From contig CAYSLZ010000001.1 in assembly GCA_964432015.1 (NCBI GenBank), forward strand, positions 2,088-34,933: a stretch of DNA of 32,846 nt, read 5' to 3'. The stretch comes from an uncultured Gammaproteobacteria bacterium (GTDB lineage: Bacteria; Patescibacteriota; Microgenomatia; UBA12405; JAHJSD01). Within the stretch, counting starts at the first letter, position 1; every line of letters starts with the position of its first letter. Shown here in pieces: positions 14,373-23,206 of the stretch. The notes under the pieces are model-generated. The model saw nothing but the letters and a program-made list of their open reading frames with translations. It ran no database searches and was not told where the DNA came from. Position numbers and translations under genes: made by a program.

Positions 14373-16469
14373 ATGGCGCAACCTATTCAAGTAACTGAAA
14401 ATCGTGATGTTCCGATGGATGTGATTCGGAACATTGGAATTATCGCACATGTTAATGCTGGAAAGACAACGACTACTGAAAGAATGTTGTTTGAAACCGG
14501 CAGGACTTACAAGTTGGGATCTGTTGATGAGGGATCAACGGTTACCGACTGGATGGACCAGGAGCGCGAACGGGGAATTACAATTGTTTCTGCGGCAGTT
14601 ACTACTTTTTGGAAGGATCACCGGATTAATATAATTGATACACCTGGACACATTGATTTTACTGCTGAAGTTGAACGGTCTTTGAGAGTTTTAGATGGAG
14701 CGGTAATGGTTTTTGACGGTCGAACAGGGGTGGAAGCGCAGTCAGAAACAGTTTGGCATCAGGCGGATAGATATTCGGTTCCCAGAATTTGTGTTTTTAA
14801 TAAATTAAATTTAGTTGGAGCTGATTTTGAAGGTTCAGTGGAAAGTATTCATCAAAGATTGGGGGCTAATGCTTCACCAATTCAACTTCCTTTAGGTTTA
14901 GGCCATGACTTAAAAGGAGCAATTAACCTGATTACTATGAAAGCTTATGTCTATGAGGGTGTTGAAGATAATCAGCTGGAAGAGGTTGAAATCCCAGTGG
15001 AGTTTCAAGAAAAAGCGGAAAAATACCGTGAAAAACTAATTGAAAGTGTTGCTGAAGTAGACGAGGGAATTTTAGAAAAATTTTTGGAGGGTGAGGAAAT
15101 TTCTGTGGAAGAACTTAAAAAGGCAATTCGTAAAGGAGTAATTAATGGAGAATTTTTCCCAATCATGGGAGGAGACAGTCGAACAGTCAGTGTACAATTA
15201 ATTTTAGACGCTATTGTTGATTATCTACCTTCGCCTTTGGATTTGCCTCCGGCTAAAGGGACAAATCCCCAAACTGAAAAAGAAGAAGAGCGGCTGCCTA
15301 AAAAAGAGGCGCCTATTTCTGCTTTACTTTTTAAAATTCAAACTGACCCTCATGTTGGCAAATTGGCTTATTTAAGAATTTATTCCGGCAGTTTAGAAAG
15401 TTCTTCTAAAGTTTACAACGCAACCCAAAATAGAATGGAAAGAGTTGGCCGTCTTCTCTTAATGCACGCTGATAAAAGGGAAGGAATTGATGAAGCTTAT
15501 GCTGGAGAAATTGTTGCGGCGATTGGTTTAAAGGATTCGGTTACCGGAGATACGCTTTGTGATTCTAGTCATCCAATTGTTTATGAGGATATTGAGTTTC
15601 CTGATCCAGTAATTTCGCTGGCTATAGAGCCCGAAACTAAGGCTGACCAAGAAAAATTAAGTGCCGCTTTGAATAAATTCATGGAAGAAAATCCGACTTT
15701 TCAGACTAAAGTTGATCATGATACCGGCCAAACAATTATTTCCGGAATGGGTGAATTGCATTTGGAGATATTAGTAGAAAGAATGAGGCGTGAATTTGGG
15801 GTAAATGTGAAAACGGGCAAACCGCAAATCGCCTATCGGGAAGCAATAACTAAGACGGTTGAGTCAGAAGGCCAGTATATTCGACAAAGTGGTGGACGCG
15901 GCCAATATGGACATTGTTTGTTGAGATTAGAACCGCAGGAAAGAGGAGAGGGTTTTGAGTTTGAATCAGAAATAAAGGGAGCCGCTATTCCAGAGAACTT
16001 TATACCGGCCATTGAAAAAGGAATTAAAGAGGCAGTAGAAAAAGGTGTTGTTGCCGGTTACCCTTTGGTTGATGTTAAAGCGGTTGTTTATGACGGAAGC
16101 TACCATGAAGTAGATTCATCTGATATGGCCTTTAAAATCGCCGCTTCGATGGCGACTCAAAAGGCAGCTAGAAAAGCCGATCCGGTTCTTCTTGAGCCGA
16201 TAATGAAATTGGAGGTCAATACTCCAGATGATTTTTTGGGGCAGGTTATTGGTGATTTATCCAGCCGTCGAGCTAAAATTTTAGGTACGGAGACAAGAGG
16301 GAAATTAAAAACAATAAATGCCTTGGTTCCCTTAGCAGAAGTTCGCGGTTATGCAACAATAATCAGGAGTTTAACTCAAGGAAGAGGTTCTTTTTATATG
16401 GAACCTTCTCATTATGAAAAAGTTCCGACTAATATTCAGGAAGAGATTGTTGCAAATAGTACTACTTAA
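14373..16469 (+). CDS. fusA: Elongation factor G
   Basis: [19 protein letters not shown], canonical switch [21 protein letters not shown] and complete domains II-V. Confidence 0.97.
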   Translation: MAQPIQVTENRDVPMDVIRNIGIIAHVNAGKTTTTERMLFETGRTYKLGSVDEGSTVTDWMDQERERGITIVSAAVTTFWKDHRINIIDTPGHIDFTAEVERSLRVLDGAVMVFDGRTGVEAQSETVWHQADRYSVPRICVFNKLNLVGADFEGSVESIHQRLGANASPIQLPLGLGHDLKGAINLITMKAYVYEGVEDNQLEEVEIPVEFQEKAEKYREKLIESVAEVDEGILEKFLEGEEISVEELKKAIRKGVINGEFFPIMGGDSRTVSVQLILDAIVDYLPSPLDLPPAKGTNPQTEKEEERLPKKEAPISALLFKIQTDPHVGKLAYLRIYSGSLESSSKVYNATQNRMERVGRLLLMHADKREGIDEAYAGEIVAAIGLKDSVTGDTLCDSSHPIVYEDIEFPDPVISLAIEPETKADQEKLSAALNKFMEENPTFQTKVDHDTGQTIISGMGELHLEILVERMRREFGVNVKTGKPQIAYREAITKTVESEGQYIRQSGGRGQYGHCLLRLEPQERGEGFEFESEIKGAAIPENFIPAIEKGIKEAVEKGVVAGYPLVDVKAVVYDGSYHEVDSSDMAFKIAASMATQKAARKADPVLLEPIMKLEVNTPDDFLGQVIGDLSSRRAKILGTETRGKLKTINALVPLAEVRGYATIIRSLTQGRGSFYMEPSHYEKVPTNIQEEIVANSTT

Positions 16470-16478
16470 TGTTAAAAT
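16450..16478 (+). promoter_or_regulatory. Putative promoter for tuf (TTGCAA-17 nt-TGtTAAAAT)
   Basis: TTGCAA is at 16450-16455, TG at 16470-16471 and TAAAAT at 16473-16478. A strong SD (TAAGGAGG, 16533-16540) follows before the ATG at 16550. Confidence 0.55.
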
Positions 16479-16549
16479 CTAAAAGAATTGGAATTGAGTG
16501 TTTTATATATATAAATTAATTAAAATATTAAATAAGGAGGAAAAATAAA

Positions 16550-17746
16550 ATGTCCAACGACAAAAAGGAATATCAACGAGAAAAACCTCACGTTAACGTG
16601 GGGACAATTGGTCACATTGACCATGGTAAGACTACTCTTACCGCTGCAATTACTAAGGTTCTATCTGGAGAAGATAAGGCAGAATATGTGCCTTATGAAG
16701 AAATTGCCAAGGGAGGAGTAGCTCGAGATTCAAATAAAATTTTGACGGTAGCTGTTTCCCACCAAGAGTATGAAACAGATAATCGTCACTATGCTCACAT
16801 TGACTGTCCAGGTCATGCCGACTATATCAAGAACATGATTACTGGAGCAGCTCAAATGGATGGTGCAATACTCGTTGTTTCTGCGCCGGACGGCCCAATG
16901 CCTCAAACAAGAGAGCATGTTTTGTTGGCCAAACAAGTTAATGTGCCGGCGATTGTCGTTTATTTAAATAAAACGGATTTAGTCGAGGACAAAGAATTCT
17001 TGGACTTAGTTGAAATGGAAGTCCGGGAACTGCTTGACAAATATGAATTTGATGGGGAAAATGTACCCATTGTTGCCGGTTCAGCCCTCAAAGCTATTGA
17101 TGGCGATGAGGAAGCGGTGGAGTCAATTCACAAATTGCTGGAAGCAATTGATGAATATATTCCAACTCCGGAAAGAGATTTGGATAAACCGTTTTTACTG
17201 CCGATTGAGGATGTATTCTCAATTAAAGGGCGGGGAACTGTTGTTACCGGCAGAATTGAGAGAGGTAAAATTTCTCTTAATGACAAGGTAGAAATAGTTG
17301 GTTTAGGGGATACCCAGGAAACAGTTGTTACCGGAATAGAAATGTTCCATAAACAACTGAAAGAAGGTCAAGCCGGTGATAACGCTGGTATCCTTCTTCG
17401 GGGTATTGAAAAGAAAGATGTTGAGAGAGGTATGGTTTTGGCAAAGCCGGGATCAATAACTCCTCATAAAGAATTTGAGGCCGAGATTTATGTTTTAAAG
17501 AAGGAAGAGGGCGGGAGACATACACCGTTCTTTTCAGGATATCGGCCGCAAATTTATGTCCAGACTACCGATGTAACCGGTGAGCTTAAACTGCCGGAAG
17601 GAGTAGAAATGGTTATGCCGGGTGATAATACCGAAGTAACCATTAAGCTTATCAAGAAGGTAGCTTTGGAAGAAGGATCAAAGTTTGCTATTCGTGAAGG
17701 CGGTAAAACTGTTGGAGCAGGAGTAGTAACGAAGATTCTTAAATAA
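16550..17746 (+). CDS. tuf: Elongation factor Tu (switch I region divergent)
   Basis: [26 protein letters not shown] and GGRHTPF are all canonical. The segment equivalent to [15 protein letters not shown] reads [17 protein letters not shown]. Confidence 0.95.
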   Translation: MSNDKKEYQREKPHVNVGTIGHIDHGKTTLTAAITKVLSGEDKAEYVPYEEIAKGGVARDSNKILTVAVSHQEYETDNRHYAHIDCPGHADYIKNMITGAAQMDGAILVVSAPDGPMPQTREHVLLAKQVNVPAIVVYLNKTDLVEDKEFLDLVEMEVRELLDKYEFDGENVPIVAGSALKAIDGDEEAVESIHKLLEAIDEYIPTPERDLDKPFLLPIEDVFSIKGRGTVVTGRIERGKISLNDKVEIVGLGDTQETVVTGIEMFHKQLKEGQAGDNAGILLRGIEKKDVERGMVLAKPGSITPHKEFEAEIYVLKKEEGGRHTPFFSGYRPQIYVQTTDVTGELKLPEGVEMVMPGDNTEVTIKLIKKVALEEGSKFAIREGGKTVGAGVVTKILK

Positions 17747-17751
17747 AAAAC

Positions 17752-17767
17752 TTTGAAAATTTGAAAA
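17752..17767 (+). repeat. Tandem octamer TTTGAAAA x2 in the tuf-rpsJ spacer
   Basis: Read directly and followed by an A-run. No GGAGG precedes the rpsJ ATG. Confidence 0.5.
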
Positions 17768-17779
17768 AAAAATGTACCG

Positions 17780-18097
17780 ATGGCAGAAGTAGGTAATAAA
17801 ATTCGGGTGAAGTTGAAGGCGTGGGATCATCGAGTTGTTGATGAGGCAGCCAGCAAGATTGTTGAAGCTGCAGTAACCACCGGTGCTCGGGTAAAAGGAC
17901 CAATACCTTTACCGACGGAACGAAAGCTTTTTGTGGTAACTATAAGCCCCCACGGAGATAAAGATGCTCGTGATCATTATCAGGTTTTGACGCATAAACG
18001 GCTGATTGACATTCAAGAGGCCAGTGTACGGACAATGGATAGCTTACAACATTTGGATTTGCCAGCGGGAGTTGAAGTTTCAATAAAGATGGAGTAA
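17780..18097 (+). CDS. rpsJ: 30S ribosomal protein S10
   Basis: KIRVKLKAWDHRVVD...LPTERKLFVV..SPHGDKDARDHYQ matches S10. Confidence 0.96.
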   Translation: MAEVGNKIRVKLKAWDHRVVDEAASKIVEAAVTTGARVKGPIPLPTERKLFVVTISPHGDKDARDHYQVLTHKRLIDIQEASVRTMDSLQHLDLPAGVEVSIKME

Positions 18098-18165
18098 TGG
18101 CTGAAGGCTTAATGCTTAAAGCTAGAGTAGAATATAAAAAATGTAATTACTGATTATTTATTACT

Positions 18166-18200
18166 AGTTTCAGCCAGGGGCTGATGAGCCTTTGGCTCAA
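18166..18200 (+). repeat. 35-nt hairpin element, copy 1 (AGTTTCAGCCAGGGGCTGATGAGCCTTTGGCTCAA)
   Basis: 33/35 identical to 28425-28459 inside map. It contains the hairpin TGAGCC-TTT-GGCTCA. It is flanked by TTACTA direct repeats at 18161 and 18205, 44 nt apart. Confidence 0.8.
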
Positions 18201-18215
18201 CTGATTACTAAGTTT

Positions 18216-18238
18216 TAGGGCTTTGGCCCTAATTTTTT
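18216..18238 (+). terminator. Terminator-like hairpin TAGGGC-TTTG-GCCCTA plus T6 directly abutting the rplC ATG
   Basis: 6-bp stem at 18216-18231 and T-run at 18233-18238. It lies inside the S10 operon, so it would be an attenuator or processing site rather than an operon end. Confidence 0.35.
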
Positions 18239-18853
18239 ATGATAAACGGATTTTTGATCAAAAAACAAAATATGACGCAGGTTTTTAGAGAAAACGGGGA
18301 ATTGACGCCTGTCACTCGTTGTCAGGCTTCTCCGTGTGTTGTCATGGCAGTAAAAAAAAACCATGACTTGAGGGTGCAATTGGGGGCAGGTAAAAAGCGG
18401 AAAGCCAAAAAACCGTTAAAAGGCTTGATGAAAAAAGCAGGAGTAAAAAAGCCTCCGGAAATAATTAAAGAATTTGAGTGGCTGTCTGAAGATGAACCAA
18501 AGACCGGTCTGCAGTTAAAAGTAACCGATGTTTTAGCTTCTGGTGATTTAGTTAACGTTATCGGCAAAAGTAAAGGAAGAGGATTTACCGGAGTGGTAAA
18601 ACGCTGGAATTTCAGAACCCAACCGAGAACTCACGGTCAAAAACAACGCTGGCGAGCTCCAGGTTCTATTGGACCCCAGACTCCTGGCCGGGTTATTAAA
18701 GGAAAAAAAATGCCCGGTCATTATGGGAATCAAAGAGTTACCGTTCAGAATCTTGAAATTTTTGAAATAGACGAAAAAAATAATCAGTTGTTGATTAAGG
18801 GCGGCCTTCCTGGTCCTAAAAATGGTTGGCTTCAGGTGATTAAAAATGGCTAA
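18239..18853 (+). CDS. rplC: 50S ribosomal protein L3
   Basis: N-terminus M..G.LIKKQNMTQVF and GKSKGRGFTGVVKRWNF match L3. Confidence 0.96.
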   Translation: MINGFLIKKQNMTQVFRENGELTPVTRCQASPCVVMAVKKNHDLRVQLGAGKKRKAKKPLKGLMKKAGVKKPPEIIKEFEWLSEDEPKTGLQLKVTDVLASGDLVNVIGKSKGRGFTGVVKRWNFRTQPRTHGQKQRWRAPGSIGPQTPGRVIKGKKMPGHYGNQRVTVQNLEIFEIDEKNNQLLIKGGLPGPKNGWLQVIKNG

Positions 18854-19499
18854 ATCAAGTATAAAGCTTTCGGTTTTGGATAAAGACGGTCAGGAGGTAA
18901 AAGACTTAGGGTTATCCAGCCAGATTTTTGGTGCCGAAGTTAACCCTCATTTAGTGGCCCAGGCGGTTAAAGTTTATTTAAATAATCAGCGAAAAGCTTA
19001 TCCAAAGGCAAAAAGCAGAAGTGAAGTTAGTGGTTCAAGAAAAAAGATTTGGCCGCAAAAAGGTACCGGCAGAGCTCGACATGGCGATAAATTTGCGCCA
19101 ATTTTTGTCGGCGGTGGTGTTGCTCATGGGCCAAAGGGTAACCAAAATTATTCTAAAAAACTGCCTAAAAAAATGAAAAGAAAAGCTTTGGTTTCAGCGC
19201 TTTCAGCAAAACAAAAAGAGGGAAAAGTTAAGATTGTTAAAGGGATTAAGAGACTTAGAAAGACAAATTCAGCTTATGGATGTTTACAATCTTGGTTCGG
19301 CAGGGAATTTAACCAAAATCAAAAATATTTATTAGTTTTACCAAAAGGATTGGAGTCGGCAAAAAGAGCTTTTAGAAATTTACCGTATCTTGATGTTTTA
19401 TCCTCGAGTCAGATTAATTGTTATCAGGTTTTAGACCACCATTGGTTGATTTTAACTCCCGAGTCGGTTGATGAGTTGAACCAGAGATTATTGAAATGA
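18846..19499 (+). CDS. rplD: 50S ribosomal protein L4
   Basis: KIWPQKGTGRARHG and GGGVAHGPK motifs. Position in the operon. Confidence 0.95.
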   Translation: MAKSSIKLSVLDKDGQEVKDLGLSSQIFGAEVNPHLVAQAVKVYLNNQRKAYPKAKSRSEVSGSRKKIWPQKGTGRARHGDKFAPIFVGGGVAHGPKGNQNYSKKLPKKMKRKALVSALSAKQKEGKVKIVKGIKRLRKTNSAYGCLQSWFGREFNQNQKYLLVLPKGLESAKRAFRNLPYLDVLSSSQINCYQVLDHHWLILTPESVDELNQRLLK

Positions 19500-19759
19500 A
19501 GCTTGAGTTAGTTCTTAAAGAACCGGTTTTAACCGAAAAAGCAGTCGAAAGTCAAGAAAAAGGCTGTTATCAATTTTGGGTTGACGTGAAAGCAAACAAA
19601 TTTCAAATAGCGGCGGCAGTTGAGAAGTTTTTCAATGTTAAGCCGTTGTCGGTTCGGACAGCCAGATTAGGAGATAGAAAAAAAGCTTTTGTTCAATTAC
19701 CGGAAGGTGAAGAGATTTCATTTGATAAGTTAGGAGAAGAAGATGACCAAGAGAAATAA
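19496..19759 (+). CDS. rplW: 50S ribosomal protein L23
   Basis: Size, operon position, the KEPVLTEKA start and the FxV...ANKxQIxxAVEKxFxVK pattern. Confidence 0.92.
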   Translation: MKLELVLKEPVLTEKAVESQEKGCYQFWVDVKANKFQIAAAVEKFFNVKPLSVRTARLGDRKKAFVQLPEGEEISFDKLGEEDDQEK

Positions 19760-20495
19760 AAAGTTGACTAAAATCAGAAAAAAAACTGGCGGCCGCGATG
19801 CCTCTGGTCAGATTAGTGTCCGTGGTCATGGCGGTGAGCACAAGAGATTTATTCGTAAAGTTGACTGGAAACGTGATAAAATAGGGGTGCCCGGTAAGGT
19901 TCAGAGTATTGAATATGATCCCAATCGGGGAGCAGATTTAGCTTTGGTAGTTTACGCGGATGGTGAAAAGCGCTATATTTTATCACCAGCCGGTTTGGAA
20001 GTAGGCGATCAGGTTATTGCTTCTGAGGAGGCGGAAATAAGATCGGGTAATGCTTTGCCGTTGAAGAAGATACCGGTAGGTGTTGAAGTTCATAATTTGG
20101 AAATAAAACCGGGTAAAGGCGGACAAATGGTCAGAGGGGCAGGAACAGCGGCGATAATTAAGAGTAAAAAAGGTAAAATGGTCAAATTAGAATTGCCGTC
20201 TGGAGAGATTAGACTTTTTCACCTTGATTGCTGGGCGACAGTTGGTCAGGTTGGAAATGCTGACCATATTTATAAAAAGCTGAAGAAAGCCGGCGACAGC
20301 CGCCGACGCGGGATTCGACCGACAGTCAGAGGGGTTGCTCAAAATCCAAGTTCCCACCCTCATGGAGGCGGTCATGTCGGCAACATTGGTTTAAAAGCAC
20401 CAAAAACACCTTGGGGTAAAAAAGCAATGGGTAAAAGAACAAGAAAGAAAAAGAAATATTCAGATAAGTATATTGTAAAAAGGAGAAAAAAATGA
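19743..20495 (+). CDS. rplB: 50S ribosomal protein L2
   Basis: [39 protein letters not shown] and TPWGKKA motifs. Confidence 0.96.
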   Translation: MTKRNKKLTKIRKKTGGRDASGQISVRGHGGEHKRFIRKVDWKRDKIGVPGKVQSIEYDPNRGADLALVVYADGEKRYILSPAGLEVGDQVIASEEAEIRSGNALPLKKIPVGVEVHNLEIKPGKGGQMVRGAGTAAIIKSKKGKMVKLELPSGEIRLFHLDCWATVGQVGNADHIYKKLKKAGDSRRRGIRPTVRGVAQNPSSHPHGGGHVGNIGLKAPKTPWGKKAMGKRTRKKKKYSDKYIVKRRKK

Positions 20496-20761
20496 AAGGT
20501 CCGTATATTGATCAAAAACTATTAGCAAAAGTTGAAGAAAAAGAAAAAAAAGGAAGTAAAGAGCCAATTAAGACTTGGTCAAGGGATAGTCATGTCCCGC
20601 CGGAGTTTGTCGGCTATACTTTCCAAGTCCATGACGGAAAAGATTTTGTTGATGTTTTTGTTACTGAGGATATGGTCGGTCACCGCTTGGGAGAGTTCGC
20701 TAAAACCCGGTCTTTCCGTGGCCATGGTCGAGTTGTTAAGAGGATTATTAAGAAAACATGA
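20492..20761 (+). CDS. rpsS: 30S ribosomal protein S19
   Basis: [14 protein letters not shown] and [17 protein letters not shown] motifs. AGGAG lies 6 nt upstream. Confidence 0.96.
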   Translation: MKGPYIDQKLLAKVEEKEKKGSKEPIKTWSRDSHVPPEFVGYTFQVHDGKDFVDVFVTEDMVGHRLGEFAKTRSFRGHGRVVKRIIKKT

Positions 20762-20797
20762 GAAATTTATAATTTTAGAATTTTTAAATTTTAAAAA
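20762..20797 (+). repeat. Phased octamer array (GAAATTTA TAATTTTA GAATTTTT AAATTTTA AAAA) filling the rpsS-rplV spacer
   Basis: Read directly with 8-nt periodicity, ending at the rplV ATG. There is no GGAGG. Confidence 0.55.
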
Positions 20798-21181
20798 ATG
20801 AATAAGAATAAAAAACATGATAACCAGAAAGGGATTGTTAAAACTGAGGCGAAGTTTTTACCAATTTCGCCAAGGAAGATGCGTTTATTAGTTGAAGCGG
20901 TTAAGGATTTAAGACCGGAAAAAGCAATTGAAAAACTAAATTTTATGAATAAAAAAGGAGCTAAATTTTTACTAAAAGCAGTTAAGACTGTACTTGCCGA
21001 TGCAGAACACAATTTTGGATTGAGTAAAGATAATTTAATCTTTGATGAAATTGTGGTAAATGAAGGGCCGATGTTAAAACGACGTGACAAATCAAAAAGG
21101 ATGTTTAAATATGGGATAATTAAAAAAAGAAGGTCGCATTTAGTAGTTAAAGTGAAGGAAGAAAATGGGACAAAAAGTTAA
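20798..21181 (+). CDS. rplV: 50S ribosomal protein L22
   Basis: ISPRKMRLLVEAVKD...AIEKLNF...K..A..LLKAV.. matches L22. Operon position. Confidence 0.94.
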   Translation: MNKNKKHDNQKGIVKTEAKFLPISPRKMRLLVEAVKDLRPEKAIEKLNFMNKKGAKFLLKAVKTVLADAEHNFGLSKDNLIFDEIVVNEGPMLKRRDKSKRMFKYGIIKKRRSHLVVKVKEENGTKS

Positions 21182-21815
21182 TCCAATTGCTTACCGCTTA
21201 CAGATAGATGAGAGTCCGTTTAGGTGGAAATCAAAGTGGTATTCAGACAAAGAAGGTTATAAAAAGCTAGCTTTAGAAGATTATAAGATTAGGGAGTTCT
21301 TGGAAGGAAAATTACGTTATGCCGGGTTAGTGGCGACTAAGATTGAACGCCTAAAGAATAAAATTAAGATTGTTATTCAAGCCAGCCGTCCCGGGGTAGT
21401 TATTGGCCGGGGTGGAAGCGGTTTAAGAGAAATAAAAGATGGGTTGGTTGAAATTGTTGATATTGACGACGCGGAAAAAAACATTGAAATCGAAGTTGAT
21501 GAAGTTAAAAATTCGGAGTTATCAGCAAAACTTGTTTCTGAAAGAATAGCTCGAGGATTGGAGCGCGGACGTCACTATCGGCGGACAGTTAATAAGGCAA
21601 TTGAGGCAGTAAGAGAAGCTGGAGCAGAAGGAGTCAGAGTTGTTTTATCAGGAAGAATTGCTGGAGTTGAGGTTTCTCGAGTTGAAAAGTTCGATTGGGG
21701 CAAGGTGCCTTTAGGAACATTAAGAGCTAATATAGATTATTACCATGAGCCGGCTTTAACCAGGTCAGGCTATGTTGGGGTTAAAGTTTACATAAACCGC
21801 GGGTTGGAAGAGTAA
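21165..21815 (+). CDS. rpsC: 30S ribosomal protein S3
   Basis: MGQKVNPIAYRL start and the KH domain segment RPGVVIGRGGSG. Confidence 0.96.
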   Translation: MGQKVNPIAYRLQIDESPFRWKSKWYSDKEGYKKLALEDYKIREFLEGKLRYAGLVATKIERLKNKIKIVIQASRPGVVIGRGGSGLREIKDGLVEIVDIDDAEKNIEIEVDEVKNSELSAKLVSERIARGLERGRHYRRTVNKAIEAVREAGAEGVRVVLSGRIAGVEVSRVEKFDWGKVPLGTLRANIDYYHEPALTRSGYVGVKVYINRGLEE

Positions 21816-21817
21816 AG

Positions 21818-22231
21818 ATGTTAGAGCCAAAGAAAACAAAGTACCATCGTCAGTTTCGGGGAAGCTTAAAAGGTAAAAAAGCAGCCGGATCAAGGCTTGC
21901 TTTTGGTGAATATGGTTTAAAAAGTTTAGGTCGGGGCTGGATTAAGTCTTCTCAATTGGAGGCAGCTAGAAAAGCGATGACTCACTATACTAAAAGGAAA
22001 GCTAAAATTTGGATTCGCACTTTTCCTGATAAGCCGGTTACTAAAAAAGCACCTGGGGCACCAATGGGCGCTGGTAAAGGTGAACTTGATCACTGGGTGG
22101 CACCGGTTGTGCCAGGTAAGATTATTTTCGAGATTGAAGGTGTTGACAAAGATATAGCTGAGGAAGCTTTACGTCGAGCTAGTCATAAGTTACCAGTTAA
22201 GGTTAAAATAATTAAGAAAAAAGGAAAATGA
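21818..22231 (+). CDS. rplP: 50S ribosomal protein L16
   Basis: MLEPKKTKYHRQFRG start and TKKAPGAPMGAGKGELDHWVA. Confidence 0.96.
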   Translation: MLEPKKTKYHRQFRGSLKGKKAAGSRLAFGEYGLKSLGRGWIKSSQLEAARKAMTHYTKRKAKIWIRTFPDKPVTKKAPGAPMGAGKGELDHWVAPVVPGKIIFEIEGVDKDIAEEALRRASHKLPVKVKIIKKKGK

Positions 22232-22455
22232 GTAAAAAATTTATTGGTAAAGTAATTTCTGACAAAATGGAAAAAACGGTTGTTGTTGAAATTAAACAGC
22301 GTAAGCCGCATCCAAAATATAAAAAGGTAATTGAAAAAAGAAGTAAAGTATACGCTCACGATGAAAAGGGAGCTAAAGAAGGCGATGTGGTTGAGGTGGT
22401 TGAAACTAGACCATTGAGTAAATTAAAGAGATTTAAGGTAGTTAAAATAAAATGA
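22228..22455 (+). CDS. rpsQ: 30S ribosomal protein S17
   Basis: GKVISDKMEKTVVV...HPKYKK...K.YAHDE. An ATGA overlap with the rplP stop leaves no space for rpmC. Confidence 0.95.
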   Translation: MSKKFIGKVISDKMEKTVVVEIKQRKPHPKYKKVIEKRSKVYAHDEKGAKEGDVVEVVETRPLSKLKRFKVVKIK

Positions 22456-22820
22456 TACAACTAAGATCAATTTTAAAACCAGCCGGGAATTTAGGGGCAA
22501 AAAAAATAAGAGTGATGAGAGTGTTGGGTAATGTTCGTCAAGACGCAGCTGGTTTGGGAGATGTAGTTATCGCTTCTGTTTTGAAGGCAATGCCAAACGC
22601 AGCCGTTAAGAAGAATGAAAAAGTTAGAGCAGTGATTATTCGCACTAGGAAAGAGGCGCGGAGAAAAGATGGTTCTTATATTCGATTTGACGATAATGCA
22701 GCAGTGATTTTGGAAAAAGATAATACTCCAAAAGCAACCCGGATATTTGGGCCAGTGGCCCGGGAAGTAAAAGAAAAAGGATTTGGACAAGTTGCTGCTA
22801 TGGCAAGGGAGGTTATATGA
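22452..22820 (+). CDS. rplN: 50S ribosomal protein L14
   Basis: MIQLRSIL, IRFDDNAAVIL and IFGPVAREV motifs. Confidence 0.96.
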   Translation: MIQLRSILKPAGNLGAKKIRVMRVLGNVRQDAAGLGDVVIASVLKAMPNAAVKKNEKVRAVIIRTRKEARRKDGSYIRFDDNAAVILEKDNTPKATRIFGPVAREVKEKGFGQVAAMAREVI

Positions 22821-23137
22821 AAGTAAAGAAGGGTGATCAAGTACAGGTTATACAAGGTAAAGATAAAGGCCGAACCGGTACGGTTAGACGGGTTATTCCT
22901 AAAGAGAACAAAGTAGTTGTCGACGGTTTAAATATTGTTAAAAAACACGTTAAACCAAGAGGGGAAAAGCAAAAGGGTGGTATAATTAGGGTGGAAAAAC
23001 CTCTTTATGCCAGTAAGGTAATGGTTGTTTGTCCTTCTTGCGGAGAGCCGACAAGAGTTGGTTATCAAATTGACAAAAAAGGAGAAAAATATAGAATATG
23101 TCGAAAATGCGAGGGGTTAATAGGTTCGTCATCCTGA
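22817..23137 (+). CDS. rplX: 50S ribosomal protein L24 (zinc-ribbon type); last codons and stop lie inside repeat copy C
   Basis: MKVKKGDQVQVIQGKDKGRTG (KOW motif) and CPSCG...CRKCEG. The stop TGA at 23135-23137 is part of CGTCATCCTGAG. Confidence 0.94.
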   Translation: MKVKKGDQVQVIQGKDKGRTGTVRRVIPKENKVVVDGLNIVKKHVKPRGEKQKGGIIRVEKPLYASKVMVVCPSCGEPTRVGYQIDKKGEKYRICRKCEGLIGSSS

Positions 23138-23195
23138 GTATGCGAAGGATCCCCTGATGGGATTCTTCGGTCGAAGTTTCGACCTCAGAATGACG
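23127..23195 (+). repeat. Palindromic two-helix repeat element, copy C, carrying a nested 16-nt hairpin
   Basis: CGTCATCCTGAG-TATGC-GAAGGATCCC-CTGAT-GGGATTCTTC-GGTCGAAGTTTCGAC-CTCAGAATGACG. GGTCGAAGTTTCGACC (23169-23184) replaces the GGAGTAC of copies A and B. Confidence 0.85.
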
Positions 23196-23206
23196 AAGTT
23201 TTAAAA

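Noticed and set aside
14345-14398. A short upstream ORF overlaps the fusA start out of frame, and a weak hairpin TTCTC-AGAC-GAGAA lies in the fusA leader.
   Set aside because: The 5-bp stem is weak and there is no SD for the uORF. The AAGGTGG at 14318 is about 50 nt from the fusA ATG. The evidence for a leader-peptide mechanism is insufficient.
18097-18153. An 18-codon mini-ORF (MAEGLMLKARVEYKKCNY) overlaps the rpsJ stop, and its first 11 nt resemble the rpsJ start (ATGGCNGAAG).
   Set aside because: The GGAG is only 2 nt from the ATG, the similarity to rpsJ does not extend further, and nothing supports translation. It may be chance.
18178-18200. The 35-nt element contains CUGAUGAG followed by a short stem-loop, here and at 28438-28460, which resembles the core of a hammerhead ribozyme.
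   Set aside because: After the stem-II-like hairpin (GCC-UUU-GGC) the sequence is UCAA, not the required GAAA. I found no stem I or stem III partners and no cleavage-site triplet.
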